A stretch of 64,000 nt of DNA from Bacteroidetes bacterium UBA2364 (lineage in GTDB: Bacteria; Bacteroidota; Rhodothermia; Rhodothermales; UBA2364): contig DDTM01000001.1 in the NCBI GenBank assembly GCA_002344075.1, positions 2,529-66,528 on the forward strand. Direction: 5' to 3'. The notes below the pieces were generated by a model that saw only the letters and a program-made list of their open reading frames with translations, ran no database searches and was not told where the DNA came from. Position 1 is the first letter of the stretch; every line of letters begins with the position of its first letter. The translations under genes were made by a program, and so were the position numbers. Positions 30,427 to 40,540 of the stretch are shown here, one piece after another.

Positions 30427-31617
30427 TTATTGAATGGGCCAAGGGTCTTCTAATGGCTTTTGGTTGGTCATGTGCTCAATCAACTCTTTGTCCGTGATTA
30501 GGCAGGTATCCAATAGAGTACGGAACCTTTTTTCGTCCATTTTTTGGCCAATAAAAACCAGTTCTTGTCTCCGATCTCCCACTTTTTTATCCCAAATCGT
30601 GCGTAGATATTGTCGGAAATCTGGTGTATTGGGTAGTCGTTCTTTGGGGACCGCAGCCCACCAATAACCAGCAGTTTCCCAATTTCGTATTCTGCCTGCC
30701 TGCGAGAGGGAAAGTACATCCGCATGGCGTGTCGCCAACCAAAAAAAGCCTTTTGCCCGAATCACACCCTTCCAACTCCCATTAAAGAAGTCGAAAAATC
30801 GCTTTGGATGGAAAGGGCGGCGTGCGCGATAAACAAAACTCGAGATGCCGTACTCTTCGGTTTCTGGAATGTGTTCCCCAGCCAATTCTTTGGCCCATCC
30901 GGCGGATTGCTCGGCTTTTTCCATGTCGAATAGTTGCGTATTCAACACGCCCTCTAAGTCAACACTGCCATATGTCGAAACAATGATTTTCGCATCAGGA
31001 TTTAAGGTTCGTAAAATACTTTTCAGATAGTGGACATCCGAGGCCGTTACGGTATCGGTTTTATTCAGAATAATAACGTTTGCAAACTCGATTTGGTCGG
31101 TTAGCAAGTCCACTAAGGTGCGTTCATCTCCTTCTCCAACCTCTTGTCCCAATTGTTTGAGGGTTTGGGCAGAATTAAAGTCTCCGAGAAAGTTATGGGC
31201 ATCCACCACCGTCACCATAGTATCTAAGCGTGCAAAGGAAGACAGACTTTGGCCATTTTCATCCTCGAAGGCAAAGGTTACGGCTACAGGCATGGGTTCC
31301 GAAATGCCAGAACTTTCAATTACAAGGTATTCAAACTTATTTTGCAGGGCTAATTTCCGAATTTCCACCAACAAGTCTTCACGAAGGGTGCAACAAATAC
31401 AACCATTGGTCATTTCCACCAAGCTGGCATCGGTACGGGTAATGGTTTCTTCATCATTCCGAACAAGCGCGGCGTCAATATTGACCTCGCTCATGTCATT
31501 GACGATGACGGCTATCTTCTTGCCCTGTGTATTATGAAGGATATGGTTTAATAAGGTTGTTTTTCCGGAGCCAAGGTAACCGGAGAGTACCGTTACTGGA
31601 AGTTTGTTTCTAATCAT
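30427..31617 (-). CDS. COG0523 (CobW/YjiA/ZigA-type) G3E-family metallochaperone GTPase
   Basis: P-loop [15 protein letters not shown], metal-binding CxCC ([10 protein letters not shown]), [12 protein letters not shown], and a CobW_C-like C-terminus. Confidence 0.85.
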   Translation of the reverse strand: MIRNKLPVTVLSGYLGSGKTTLLNHILHNTQGKKIAVIVNDMSEVNIDAALVRNDEETITRTDASLVEMTNGCICCTLREDLLVEIRKLALQNKFEYLVIESSGISEPMPVAVTFAFEDENGQSLSSFARLDTMVTVVDAHNFLGDFNSAQTLKQLGQEVGEGDERTLVDLLTDQIEFANVIILNKTDTVTASDVHYLKSILRTLNPDAKIIVSTYGSVDLEGVLNTQLFDMEKAEQSAGWAKELAGEHIPETEEYGISSFVYRARRPFHPKRFFDFFNGSWKGVIRAKGFFWLATRHADVLSLSQAGRIRNWETAGYWWAAVPKERLPNTPDFRQYLRTIWDKKVGDRRQELVFIGQKMDEKRFRTLLDTCLITDKELIEHMTNQKPLEDPWPIQ

Positions 31618-31889
31618 GGTTTATAATTCTTTTAAGTAAATCACGTTAAAGGCGGTTTGTTGCTCCTGAAAACGCATTACAAGACTCGGCAAACACCAAA
31701 AGGGCATAATTTGTGTAATGTACCCACATCACCAATGACACTTCGCGTAGGTCTATCACCCCGATTACCCAAAAAGCCATCGGCACGTGGTTCATTAAGG
31801 AATAAGACAAGAATGTATCACCGCCACCCACAACGAGCCATTTAAGGTTCATTGGGGAAAACGATTCAACTTGGGAAAAGGAAGGGTTA

Positions 31890-32222
31890 TTAGCCTACGG
31901 GAGGAGCACGAGAGGGCCGAGAAAAGAATTCTAAACGAAACGGCAATGTTTGGGAGGTGAAATAACGCGCAATCGCCACCGCCTCTAACTGCGGTACGAT
32001 CTTTAGGCTGATATTCGGCAGCGCCGTCTGGTATTTGATCGCATCACACAGCGAACAATCATCTGATCCACTCTCGTGGTCTTTGTGCTGAGGATGTTCG
32101 TGACAGAAAAAGTCTGAATGATGGTGTACGAGATGAACCCACGGCGCCGCCAAGCCACCGCCCAGAAAGAGCAATAACAAGACCACGGCGCCCAGTTTGA
32201 ATGGTGTTTTTCTCATAATCAA
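31890..32222 (-). CDS. Small His/Cys-rich membrane-anchored protein (possible metal-binding)
   Basis: TM helix LGAVVLLLLFLGGGLAA, then HLVHHHSDFFCHEHPQHKDHESGSDDCSLCD. Confidence 0.5.
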   Translation of the reverse strand: MIMRKTPFKLGAVVLLLLFLGGGLAAPWVHLVHHHSDFFCHEHPQHKDHESGSDDCSLCDAIKYQTALPNISLKIVPQLEAVAIARYFTSQTLPFRLEFFSRPSRAPPVG

Positions 32223-32433
32223 CTAATCTAAGCGCTACACTTTAGGAAACCAAATAAATTTTCCCACCAAAAGTTATTATCCTTGCCCAAGCGCCAACTT
32301 GAACTTACCAAACGCAATAATTTCAAGGATATAGAAATTGAAAAAGATTTTTTGAAATGCGCAACAACAGGCCTATTTTTAGGGTTTACAACCCTTGCCG
32401 TAAGCAGTGTTGGTACACTTAATTTTCATCCTA

Positions 32434-32799
32434 ATGAATTCATTTGCAACCTTATACGATTATCTGATTCAAAAAAATGGGGCTACTGAGACGTTTCCCT
32501 TCGGTGAAGACGTATTGGTGATGAAGGTAATGGGAAAGATTTTTGCCTTGCTCCCCTTAGACGAGACACCCACACGTATCAGCCTGAAATGTGATCCAGC
32601 ACGGGCGTTAGAACTTCGTGCCCAATATGATGCAATTGCGCCCGGCTACCATATGAGCAAGCAGCATTGGAATACCCTCACAGTGGATGGGCGCTTGCCC
32701 GTCTCTTTGGTACTCGAACTAATAGATCATTCTTATAGCTTGGTAGTGGCCTCTCTCAAAAAAGCAGATCGCTTGGCTTTGGAACACACACAATCATGA
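32434..32799 (+). CDS. MmcQ/YjbR-family protein
   Basis: ATETFPFGEDVLVMKVMGKIFALL...GYHMSKQHWNTL... is typical of YjbR-like proteins. Confidence 0.8.
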   Translation: MNSFATLYDYLIQKNGATETFPFGEDVLVMKVMGKIFALLPLDETPTRISLKCDPARALELRAQYDAIAPGYHMSKQHWNTLTVDGRLPVSLVLELIDHSYSLVVASLKKADRLALEHTQS

Positions 32800-32847
32800 A
32801 CAAAAATTTTTTTCTATATAGCACACTGTCCGTTTTCTCTACCCTAT

Positions 32848-33612
32848 TTGATTGGTGTACCCCGCACCCACGCACAAGACCACTTGGTGTATTTTTCAGT
32901 ACCGATTTTAGAGGCCAACACCCGCTGCACCAAACCAATACAAATAATGGGGCGGGTCTGGGAAGATACCAATTTTAACCACCTTCAGGATCCTGATGAA
33001 TCCGGCTTCCCGTCTCTTACCTTACAACTTTGGGACGACCAAAAATTATTGGATATACAACGCACCGACGGGTATGGGCAATATCGCTTTACGTTATCCG
33101 ATTTCACAAAATTCAAGCCCTTAAAAATTATCCTCAACGAAGTGGCAGACTTTAAAGGGCCTTTGGCAAATGTACGGCTAACCGAAATTGAGGCCACATC
33201 CCCTGACCTTAACTCGGATGCCGCACCGCCCCCAGACAATGAACAGGGATTTCCGGAAATGCGTATTTTCCTTTCCGGATGCCCAAAGGAAGTTATTCGC
33301 TTAGATGCAGGCTTCCGGCCCTTTGTATCTCAAGTTCAGGTGAAACATACTGTACAGGTTTTTAAACCGGACGGAACAGAAACACAGGATATGCAACCCG
33401 GATATACGATCTGGACTAACTTGGCGCTGGAAAATCAAGGACCAGACGCTGCAAAGGATATTCGGATAAAAATCCCCATCCCCATACAACAAGAATTTAT
33501 TAAGGCCATTCCACTTAAAGGTCATTATGATCCCGTACAATCCATTTGGCAAATTCCCCTATTGCAGATGAAAGAGCTAACACAAATCATCGTTCAAACA
33601 CGGATAAAATAA
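32848..33612 (+). CDS. Secreted-type SdrD-B-like / DUF11-like repeat protein; the N-terminus is apparently frameshifted relative to a signal-peptide ORF starting at 32796
   Basis: GRVWEDTNFNHLQDPDESGFPSLTLQLWD...TDGYGQYRF (SdrD B-like fold pattern) and ...NLALENQGPDAAKDIRIKIPIP... (DUF11-like). There is no in-frame ATG before 32947; the track starts it at a TTG. Confidence 0.55.
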   Translation: MIGVPRTHAQDHLVYFSVPILEANTRCTKPIQIMGRVWEDTNFNHLQDPDESGFPSLTLQLWDDQKLLDIQRTDGYGQYRFTLSDFTKFKPLKIILNEVADFKGPLANVRLTEIEATSPDLNSDAAPPPDNEQGFPEMRIFLSGCPKEVIRLDAGFRPFVSQVQVKHTVQVFKPDGTETQDMQPGYTIWTNLALENQGPDAAKDIRIKIPIPIQQEFIKAIPLKGHYDPVQSIWQIPLLQMKELTQIIVQTRIK

Positions 33613-33691
33613 AAGCCACACCCTGGGAGGGCATGGCTTTTGGCAGGTAACATACAAAGAAATGTAGGTTATAAGAGATGTTTTTTTATAC

Positions 33692-34696
33692 TTAGTTGAT
33701 GGTTAGTCCTGAAGTTTGCTGGAATTGGTTTACCTCCACGGTAAATGGTGTTGTAAATTGCGAAGGCGGGCGTTTGTACCCCGCAAGTCCAAAAGCCGTG
33801 TTTCCCTCCATCACATAGGCTGCAATCATTCTCTCTGGCTGGGTGAATGATAAAGGATTCTGAGAATCAAGAACCAAGTGAAAATCCAACCGCACATGAG
33901 CATTTGCATTTTGTATGGACGCCGACTTAGACAAGACCGAACTTCCACCACCAAAGCAATAATAATTGATCCCCCCGCTCCCAATAGAAGCCGGGAGGCA
34001 AATCGGTGCTTCAGATAAGGCTGATCCCGATCGTCCTTTATTTTTTAGCGACCTTGTGGCTGTTGTTTGTTCACAACGCTGAATCTGTTCTGTATTTCCG
34101 AGGCACTGCCCCAAGGGAGAACTTGGTAGGTCAGTGATCCCATTGGCCAATTGTGTCCGATTGAATAGCCTGAAATATTGTGCCTCCTCTGTCAAGGCAT
34201 TTTCGTCATAAAAGGCCACCAATACTTGCGTGGCGGTATTGGCCTCGGGCAAATACGGATTATCATAAAACAGCGCTTGGGTGGTAAAGCCATTTTCGTT
34301 CCGAGCAACGGTCACTTTGGAGACCTGACGAGTAGGACCATCGGCTTCATAACTACTCAACTTCTCTCCCACCTGAATATTTTCCAATGGGTCTATCAAC
34401 TCAAGATGTGGGTTGCTTATCGTGCCATCCGAGACAAAAACCACACCAAATGCAGGATCTGTTGCATTTGCTTGGTCTTTTGAAATGACCATCGGAAACT
34501 CTAATGAAGTTTTTTTAGAAAGTCGCAGGGTGGTATTAAGCGGTAGTACAGAAAACTTAGCAGGCAAATTGGTGTATAACAACCTATTATTGATTGGCGC
34601 TTCGTCTAATAAAGACGGAGGCGATGTTTGGTCGCACCCTGCTAATGCAAAGAGTACAATCCAAGACAAGTGTTTGGGGTAAATAAATTTGTTCAT
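33692..34696 (-). CDS. Hypothetical lipoprotein, downstream of the HK-RR pair
   Basis: MNKFIYPKHLSWIVLFALAGCDQ lipobox. No family recognised. A 40-50 nt gap to the regulator gene. Confidence 0.5.
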   Translation of the reverse strand: MNKFIYPKHLSWIVLFALAGCDQTSPPSLLDEAPINNRLLYTNLPAKFSVLPLNTTLRLSKKTSLEFPMVISKDQANATDPAFGVVFVSDGTISNPHLELIDPLENIQVGEKLSSYEADGPTRQVSKVTVARNENGFTTQALFYDNPYLPEANTATQVLVAFYDENALTEEAQYFRLFNRTQLANGITDLPSSPLGQCLGNTEQIQRCEQTTATRSLKNKGRSGSALSEAPICLPASIGSGGINYYCFGGGSSVLSKSASIQNANAHVRLDFHLVLDSQNPLSFTQPERMIAAYVMEGNTAFGLAGYKRPPSQFTTPFTVEVNQFQQTSGLTIN

Positions 34697-34745
34697 ACCG
34701 GGCAAGGTTTTTTAAAGGATGTAGTTTGTGTTTTGCTTCGGGTTT

Positions 34746-35696
34746 TCATACATGGGATAAATCATAGTATTTAGGTAGATCCCATTTTTGCGCCCAAAGC
34801 AGTGCTTCTATAGTAGATTCAATTTCTAATTCCGAAAATATTCTTGGCAGAATGTCTCGTCTAACCCGTCCTTCTTCCCGTTTTAATAATAGGGTTAGCT
34901 GTTCCTCGAAAGACAAATGAGCACCAGTGGTTCTTTCATACCGCACTTTTCCATCCTCTTGCAGGATGGGCTTACGGATGACCCCCAGATCGAGTGCAAA
35001 CTTCTGACTTCTACCTTCTTCCGATTGTACAAACTGCTTGATGTACTCGCTTACACTTTTGTCTTTTGTTTTGGAGGCAGGAACATCTTCCTGAAACAAA
35101 TATTTGGTGCGTCGAATATTGGCCAATAAGTCATCATCCCTCAATGCCATATGTTTTGCCGCAAAAAACCCAGCCAATCGGCTGGTATTTGTATAGCCTT
35201 TTGTTAAGAGATAAAGCACCTCTATTTCGTCTTCGGAAAGTGAATAGAATTTGCTAAAATCCCTATTGACCAAAATATCTGCGCACTCAGGGGAATAAAA
35301 GCCGGTTTGTCCGGAAGCAATTCCCCTTACCGCTTTTCTAATGAGGGCCTTGTCTTCATTTTTATGTAGAATGCCTTCCACCAAACCTTTAAAGGGGAGT
35401 ACGTATGCCACTTCATGTACCAAACCAGAAATAATTAATGTTTTAATGCGAATACTGCGTTTTCTTAGTTCGCGCAATACATCGGTGGCATAGCGGCCTA
35501 CGCCCAAGTCCACGTCCAGAATCAAAATATCCGCCCGATACTGATGAACAATGGCTTGCATCACGGCTTCTTCCGCCGAAGTGGCTGTAGCAACCACCTG
35601 TATTTCCGTACCGTCGAAGTAGCGACTACAGGTTTCCAAGAAGGAACCGTCGTCGGCAATAATCACTTCAATGCGTTTTTTTTTCATGACAGCCAC
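34746..35696 (-). CDS. Response regulator (REC domain) with an atypical, apparently interrupted LuxR/GerE-type output region
   Basis: REC residues IIADDG, LILDVDL, IISG and ILHK. The output region begins LSEDEIEVLYLLTKGYTN and ends ...RIFSELEIESTIEALLWAQKWDL. Confidence 0.75.
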   Translation of the reverse strand: MAVMKKKRIEVIIADDGSFLETCSRYFDGTEIQVVATATSAEEAVMQAIVHQYRADILILDVDLGVGRYATDVLRELRKRSIRIKTLIISGLVHEVAYVLPFKGLVEGILHKNEDKALIRKAVRGIASGQTGFYSPECADILVNRDFSKFYSLSEDEIEVLYLLTKGYTNTSRLAGFFAAKHMALRDDDLLANIRRTKYLFQEDVPASKTKDKSVSEYIKQFVQSEEGRSQKFALDLGVIRKPILQEDGKVRYERTTGAHLSFEEQLTLLLKREEGRVRRDILPRIFSELEIESTIEALLWAQKWDLPKYYDLSHV

Positions 35697-36775
35697 TTCT
35701 CTGTATTTCGAGGAGCTGGTAGCCGTATTTCTATACGGGTGCCTTCGTTAGGTCGAGACGTGACCAACAGCCGTGCACCAATCCCCTCGGCGCGGTATTT
35801 CATATTGGCAAGTCCGGTGTGTTTGCTTCTAACCAGAGCATTAAAATCACTGGGCACATCAAAGCCGCAACCATTGTCTTGGACGGTCAGAAAAGCATAC
35901 CCACCGTGTTCCAATAGCTCTACCTGAATCTTAGACGCTTTCCCGTGTAGCAATGCATTACCGATTGCTTCCTGCACCATACGGAACAATTGGATACCAA
36001 GATTGCCTTCTAAATAAGGGGTTGCTTCCAATTCCGTTTCTATTGTCAACGTGGAATGATGCTTTTGGACTTCGCCGAGGTACGCTTGAATGGTGTTTTT
36101 TAGTCCAATCAGATGAATGGGGGGGGCTATATCCCGATAAATATCATGCGCCAGACCTGCCATCAAGTTTACCCGCTCCGACAGACCTTTGAGGGGTTCA
36201 TGGAGTTGTACGGCTACTTCTAAAGCTTCGTCCTCATCCGGAATCACCCTTGTGATGTGTTTCATTAATGTATGAGGTAATTCCTCGGCAAACCGTTTCA
36301 TAGGGTTGATGACCACATCGTGTAAATTACTCCCGCGTATCCTGAAGCGTTCTTCAAGTTCGTGCAGAAGAATCAGACGTAGTTGAAGTTCAGCTTTTGA
36401 TTTTCGACGATCGTAAGCGTATAAGACCAACAGGCACATTATAATCAGATAGGGGACATATATACCCAAGATGATATTTCCGCTCGGATCAATATTGAGG
36501 AACGTCTTGGTATCTGGCAGTTCGTACCGAATCAGTTGGCCCACTACCCGCGCTTCCTCTTCCGTTAAAGATATAATATTCTTTATATCTTCATCAATTT
36601 TTCGGCCAATCACAACCTTCTCCGGACCATTTTTGGGACGTTCCAGATACATATCTCCCAGTTTTCGGCTCTTCTGCGGATACATTTGAACGAGTGTACT
36701 TAGTACCAGCGCGTAGGTCAAGAAGATGCCTAACACCCATTTAGATACAAGAAAAAGCCATTTATGAATCATCAC
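35684..36775 (-). CDS. Sensor histidine kinase, NarX/DegS-type (HisKA_3 + HATPase_c), two TM helices
   Basis: H-box SNLHDVVINPM, N-box EAIGNALLHG, and G-box VQDNGCGFD. It overlaps the regulator gene by 13 nt. Confidence 0.85.
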   Translation of the reverse strand: MMIHKWLFLVSKWVLGIFLTYALVLSTLVQMYPQKSRKLGDMYLERPKNGPEKVVIGRKIDEDIKNIISLTEEEARVVGQLIRYELPDTKTFLNIDPSGNIILGIYVPYLIIMCLLVLYAYDRRKSKAELQLRLILLHELEERFRIRGSNLHDVVINPMKRFAEELPHTLMKHITRVIPDEDEALEVAVQLHEPLKGLSERVNLMAGLAHDIYRDIAPPIHLIGLKNTIQAYLGEVQKHHSTLTIETELEATPYLEGNLGIQLFRMVQEAIGNALLHGKASKIQVELLEHGGYAFLTVQDNGCGFDVPSDFNALVRSKHTGLANMKYRAEGIGARLLVTSRPNEGTRIEIRLPAPRNTEKWLS

Positions 36776-37046
36776 TTCAAGGATTGATGTCTAAATATTT
36801 TCAAGATACAGAATCGTCAAACAAAAAGAACGGAAAATATTCCCTCGTAAGAAGCCCTCCACGGGTAGAGGGACGCTCCCAATAGCACAGTAAAAAAAGC
36901 GGTTGCTCAATGCGATCTTGATGCTACAGGTTTGTTTTCTTTTTCCTAAGACAAGTAGGGCCGAACTATTTGCAACGGTCTGATAAACAATAAGACAAGA
37001 TTTTGTATCTTACTAAACACCTCCAGCCCTCAAATAAAACACTACA

Positions 37047-38765
37047 ATGAACGAATTGGCCAATATGCTCGGTGCAACCACCGAGGCGCAAACCCCTTTA
37101 GAAAAATATTTTATGCGCTTTCGACGAAACATTATAGGGATAGACCAGATGTTCGAATCTCCATATGGGCGTAAAAAAATAGTCTATGCAGACTGGATTG
37201 CCAGTGGCCGCCTATATGGCCCTATTGAGCGTAAAATGGTGGAACAATTCGGGCCATTCGTTGCCAATACCCATACCGAAACCAGTATCACAGGCTCCCT
37301 CATGACAATGGCCTATCATAAGGCCCAGCACATCATCAAAAAACATGTCAACGCTGGCCCAAATGACGCCTTAATCCTAAGTGGAACCGGAATGACAGGT
37401 GTTATCAATAAGTTTCAACGCATACTCGGACTGCGTGTCCCCGATCCACTCAACCAAGCGGTTCAGATCCATCCACAAGATCGGCCAGTGGTATTTATTA
37501 CCCATATGGAACACCATTCCAACCAAACTTCTTGGTTAGAGTGTCTGGTGGATGTTGTATGTCTCGAACCATGCGAGCGGGGCTTGGTTAATCCAGACCA
37601 ATTGCGGTATGCGCTCACCAAGTTTAAAGAACGCAAACTCAAGATTGGCGCCTTCTCGGCCTGTTCCAATGTTACGGGCATAGAAACACCCTATCACGAG
37701 CTGGCACGGATCATGCATGAGCATGGTGGTGTGTGTTTTGTGGATTTCGCTATGAGTGCCCCTTACGTGGACATTAACATGCATCCGGAAGATCCGATGG
37801 AAGCCTTAGACGCCATCATGTTTTCACCACATAAATTCCTTGGAGGACCTGGAACACCCGGCGTTTTGGTATTTAATGGTCAACTTTACCGTTCTCATGT
37901 ACCGGATCAGCCTGGAGGAGGTACCGTGGCATGGACCAATCCTTGGGGCGAACATCGCTATTTCGATGACATCGAAGCGCGAGAAGATGGTGGAACCCCA
38001 GGCTTTCTTCAGGCTATGCGTGCCGCCCTTGTCGTCCTACTGAAAGAAGAAATGGGGACCGACAATATCCGGAATCGGGAGCACGAACTTTTAGGTATCG
38101 CTTTTGAAAGACTTCGCAAAATTCCTGGGGTATATCTTCTGGCAGATGCCCATACCAGTCGGCTCGGCGCGCTATCCTTTTTATTACCACCCATTCACTA
38201 CAACTTGGTGGTACAACTCCTTAACGACCGCTTCGGCATTCAGGTGCGTGGCGGGTGTTCTTGTGCAGGAACTTATGGACATTATCTGTTACATGTGGCC
38301 CCTGAGGTATCCCATCAGATGACTTCCCGCATAGACCAGGGTGATCTTTCTGCCAAAATGGGCTGGATTCGCCTTTCTTTACACCCCACGATGACCAATG
38401 CCGAGATCCATTATGTGTGTGATGCTATAGACGCCATTGCCAGAAACCACAAGGACTGGGAACAAGATTATTTCTACAAAGCAACTACCAATGAATTTGT
38501 CCATAAAACCCAGCCAGACTACCGTCCCATGATAGAACGCTGGTTTTCACCCGATCCGACAGGCAATATCTTCCAACCTAATCAGCAAAATGGTGCTGCA
38601 CAACTGAACCTTAAAACCAAATCAGGTGGAAAGCCATCCTCGTCTCCAAATTCTATACAATCACCTAAAATCAAGGACAGCACAACCATCACACACACCG
38701 TTCCCCCAGATCTTGAAACGCCCGTAAAAAAAACCACTTTTAAGGTAGGGACGTTGTTTGAATAG
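37047..38765 (+). CDS. Class V aminotransferase-fold PLP enzyme (cysteine desulfurase-like) with a ~90-aa low-complexity C-terminal tail
   Basis: PLP-lysine context MFSPHKFLGGPGTPGVLVF, the HHSN motif, and ...RGGCSCAG... Confidence 0.75.
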   Translation: MNELANMLGATTEAQTPLEKYFMRFRRNIIGIDQMFESPYGRKKIVYADWIASGRLYGPIERKMVEQFGPFVANTHTETSITGSLMTMAYHKAQHIIKKHVNAGPNDALILSGTGMTGVINKFQRILGLRVPDPLNQAVQIHPQDRPVVFITHMEHHSNQTSWLECLVDVVCLEPCERGLVNPDQLRYALTKFKERKLKIGAFSACSNVTGIETPYHELARIMHEHGGVCFVDFAMSAPYVDINMHPEDPMEALDAIMFSPHKFLGGPGTPGVLVFNGQLYRSHVPDQPGGGTVAWTNPWGEHRYFDDIEAREDGGTPGFLQAMRAALVVLLKEEMGTDNIRNREHELLGIAFERLRKIPGVYLLADAHTSRLGALSFLLPPIHYNLVVQLLNDRFGIQVRGGCSCAGTYGHYLLHVAPEVSHQMTSRIDQGDLSAKMGWIRLSLHPTMTNAEIHYVCDAIDAIARNHKDWEQDYFYKATTNEFVHKTQPDYRPMIERWFSPDPTGNIFQPNQQNGAAQLNLKTKSGGKPSSSPNSIQSPKIKDSTTITHTVPPDLETPVKKTTFKVGTLFE

Positions 38766-38770
38766 CGCGC

Positions 38771-40060
38771 ATGAAGCAAGTCCTTTTTATCGCGTATTAC
38801 TTCCCGCCTTCTGGCGGGCCTGGCGTTCAGCGTAGCCTGAAATTCATCCGATATCTGCCCACATATGGGTGGATGCCGACCGTGCTTACCGTTGATCCCG
38901 CTTATGCAGCTTTTCCCGCCATAGATACATCTCTAATGGCCGAAGTGCCTCCGGAGGTAGAAATACACCGAACACGCGCCTTCAACCCGCTCGACCTATA
39001 CACACGCCTCACCGGAAGAAAAGACCAATCCGTAACCGTGGGGACACTTCACGAAGCAACAACCACAAAAGAACAACTCATGCAGTGGCTACGTGCCAAC
39101 CTTTTTATTCCTGATGCCCGAATTGGATGGAACCGGCCAGCCCTCCAAAAAGCCGTAAAGCTGATCCAATCGCGACCTTTCGACGCCATCATAACCACGT
39201 CGCCCCCGCATTCTACACACCTTATTGGGCTGAAATTGCACCAAGAAACGGGCATTCCATGGCTGGCTGACTTTCGGGACCCATGGACGGGCATCAGCTA
39301 TTACCACATGCTTCCCCATACCCATTTAGCGAAATGGTGGGACGCTAGGCTTGAAAGAAAAATACTAAATGAGGCAGATTTAGTTACTATTGTATCTCCT
39401 TATTATCTTAGACAAATGCAAGAACGGATGCAACAACCGGAAAAGATGCACCTGCTATGGAACGGTTTTGATCCAAATGATTTCCCAGCTCCACCAGATA
39501 TCCATTCCCAAAAAGAACATTTCACTTTTTGCTACGTGGGGAGTTTATTTGTAAACCCCAGTGGATTATGGCAGGCCATCGCGGAGGCACGAAAAGACTG
39601 GCCACACATTCGATTGCAATTTACGGGCAGGACAGACGAACGGGTAGTGGCCGATATACACAGAAAACACATAGAAGATTTATGGATACAAGAACCCTAT
39701 GTGCCCCATGAAGAGGCGTTGTTACGAATGCAAGCCGCAGATGCCTTGCTTCTTGTCGTCGAAGAAAATCCGGGAACCGAAGGAATTTTAACCGGCAAAT
39801 TGTTTGAATATTTGGCCACAGGAAAACCCATTCTGGCCATAGGGCCGCCAAATGGCGATGCAGCAAAGGTTTTAAAAGAAGCAGGCGCCGGAGAAATGAT
39901 TTCCCACCAAGATATTGCTACTATTCGCAACCGTATAGAAGCGCTATTATCGGATCCGGATAAACCATCAGTCAGACCATATCCGCAAAACTTCACCCGT
40001 CAACACCTTACCCAAAACTTAGCTTCGTTATTGGATGGATTAAGCCTAACAGGGAAATGA
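38771..40060 (+). CDS. Glycosyltransferase, GT-B fold (family 4/1-like)
   Basis: N-terminus MKQVLFIAYYFPPSGGPGVQR and a C-terminal E-x7-E-like region (GILTGKLFEYLATGKPILA). Confidence 0.75.
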   Translation: MKQVLFIAYYFPPSGGPGVQRSLKFIRYLPTYGWMPTVLTVDPAYAAFPAIDTSLMAEVPPEVEIHRTRAFNPLDLYTRLTGRKDQSVTVGTLHEATTTKEQLMQWLRANLFIPDARIGWNRPALQKAVKLIQSRPFDAIITTSPPHSTHLIGLKLHQETGIPWLADFRDPWTGISYYHMLPHTHLAKWWDARLERKILNEADLVTIVSPYYLRQMQERMQQPEKMHLLWNGFDPNDFPAPPDIHSQKEHFTFCYVGSLFVNPSGLWQAIAEARKDWPHIRLQFTGRTDERVVADIHRKHIEDLWIQEPYVPHEEALLRMQAADALLLVVEENPGTEGILTGKLFEYLATGKPILAIGPPNGDAAKVLKEAGAGEMISHQDIATIRNRIEALLSDPDKPSVRPYPQNFTRQHLTQNLASLLDGLSLTGK

Positions 40061-40129
40061 AGTTCAACCTAAAAGCGTGCATTCACCCGAATGCGCCAAA
40101 GAGACAAACCGATGCTTGTGTGCATCACA

Positions 40130-40540
40130 TCAAGGCACATTGACGGTTATCCGACAGGTTTGTGCTGGCTCAACCCCTTTTTCCCAACTCCGACGGTATT
40201 CCACTACCAACTGACCCGCTTTAACCACTTTAAAGGGGAGGGTTTGGATCCCACCTGCGCCAACCACCATAGGATCCGTATTCGAAGACTTAAAAACACC
40301 GTCGTTCACTTGAACGGCCACGGCTTTGCTGTCTTCGGTTGGATACCACGCATAGCCAGTAGAAGGATTTGCGCTCAAACTCAGCGAGAATAGATCACCA
40401 ACTTTGCCCGTAAAGGTTTTTCCACAGGCCACCGCCACACCATCCTCCGGGTGAGTAGGCGTTTTTTTGGGCGTGCACGCCATAAAGACGCCCAAAAGGA
40501 AGAAAACGAGAATGGACTGTTTTTGCATTAAGATCATCAT
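40130..40540 (-). CDS. Chagasin-family (I42) peptidase inhibitor lipoprotein
   Basis: Lipobox FMACTPKK. The NPSTGYAWY motif and RRSWE are typical of inhibitor family I42. Confidence 0.8.
   Translation of the reverse strand: MMILMQKQSILVFFLLGVFMACTPKKTPTHPEDGVAVACGKTFTGKVGDLFSLSLSANPSTGYAWYPTEDSKAVAVQVNDGVFKSSNTDPMVVGAGGIQTLPFKVVKAGQLVVEYRRSWEKGVEPAQTCRITVNVP

Noticed and set aside
31646-31852. A 68-aa minus-strand ORF in the gap between the His-rich gene and the COG0523 gene.
   Set aside because: It has no motif and a poor start context. A plus-strand ORF of similar size overlaps it, which suggests chance ORFs in a regulatory spacer.
36119-36126. A G8 (coding-strand C8) homopolymer inside the NarX-like kinase gene, as a possible phase-variation tract.
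   Set aside because: The frame is intact (..DIAPPIHLIG..) and it encodes a Pro-Pro pair. There is no evidence of slippage from a single sequence.
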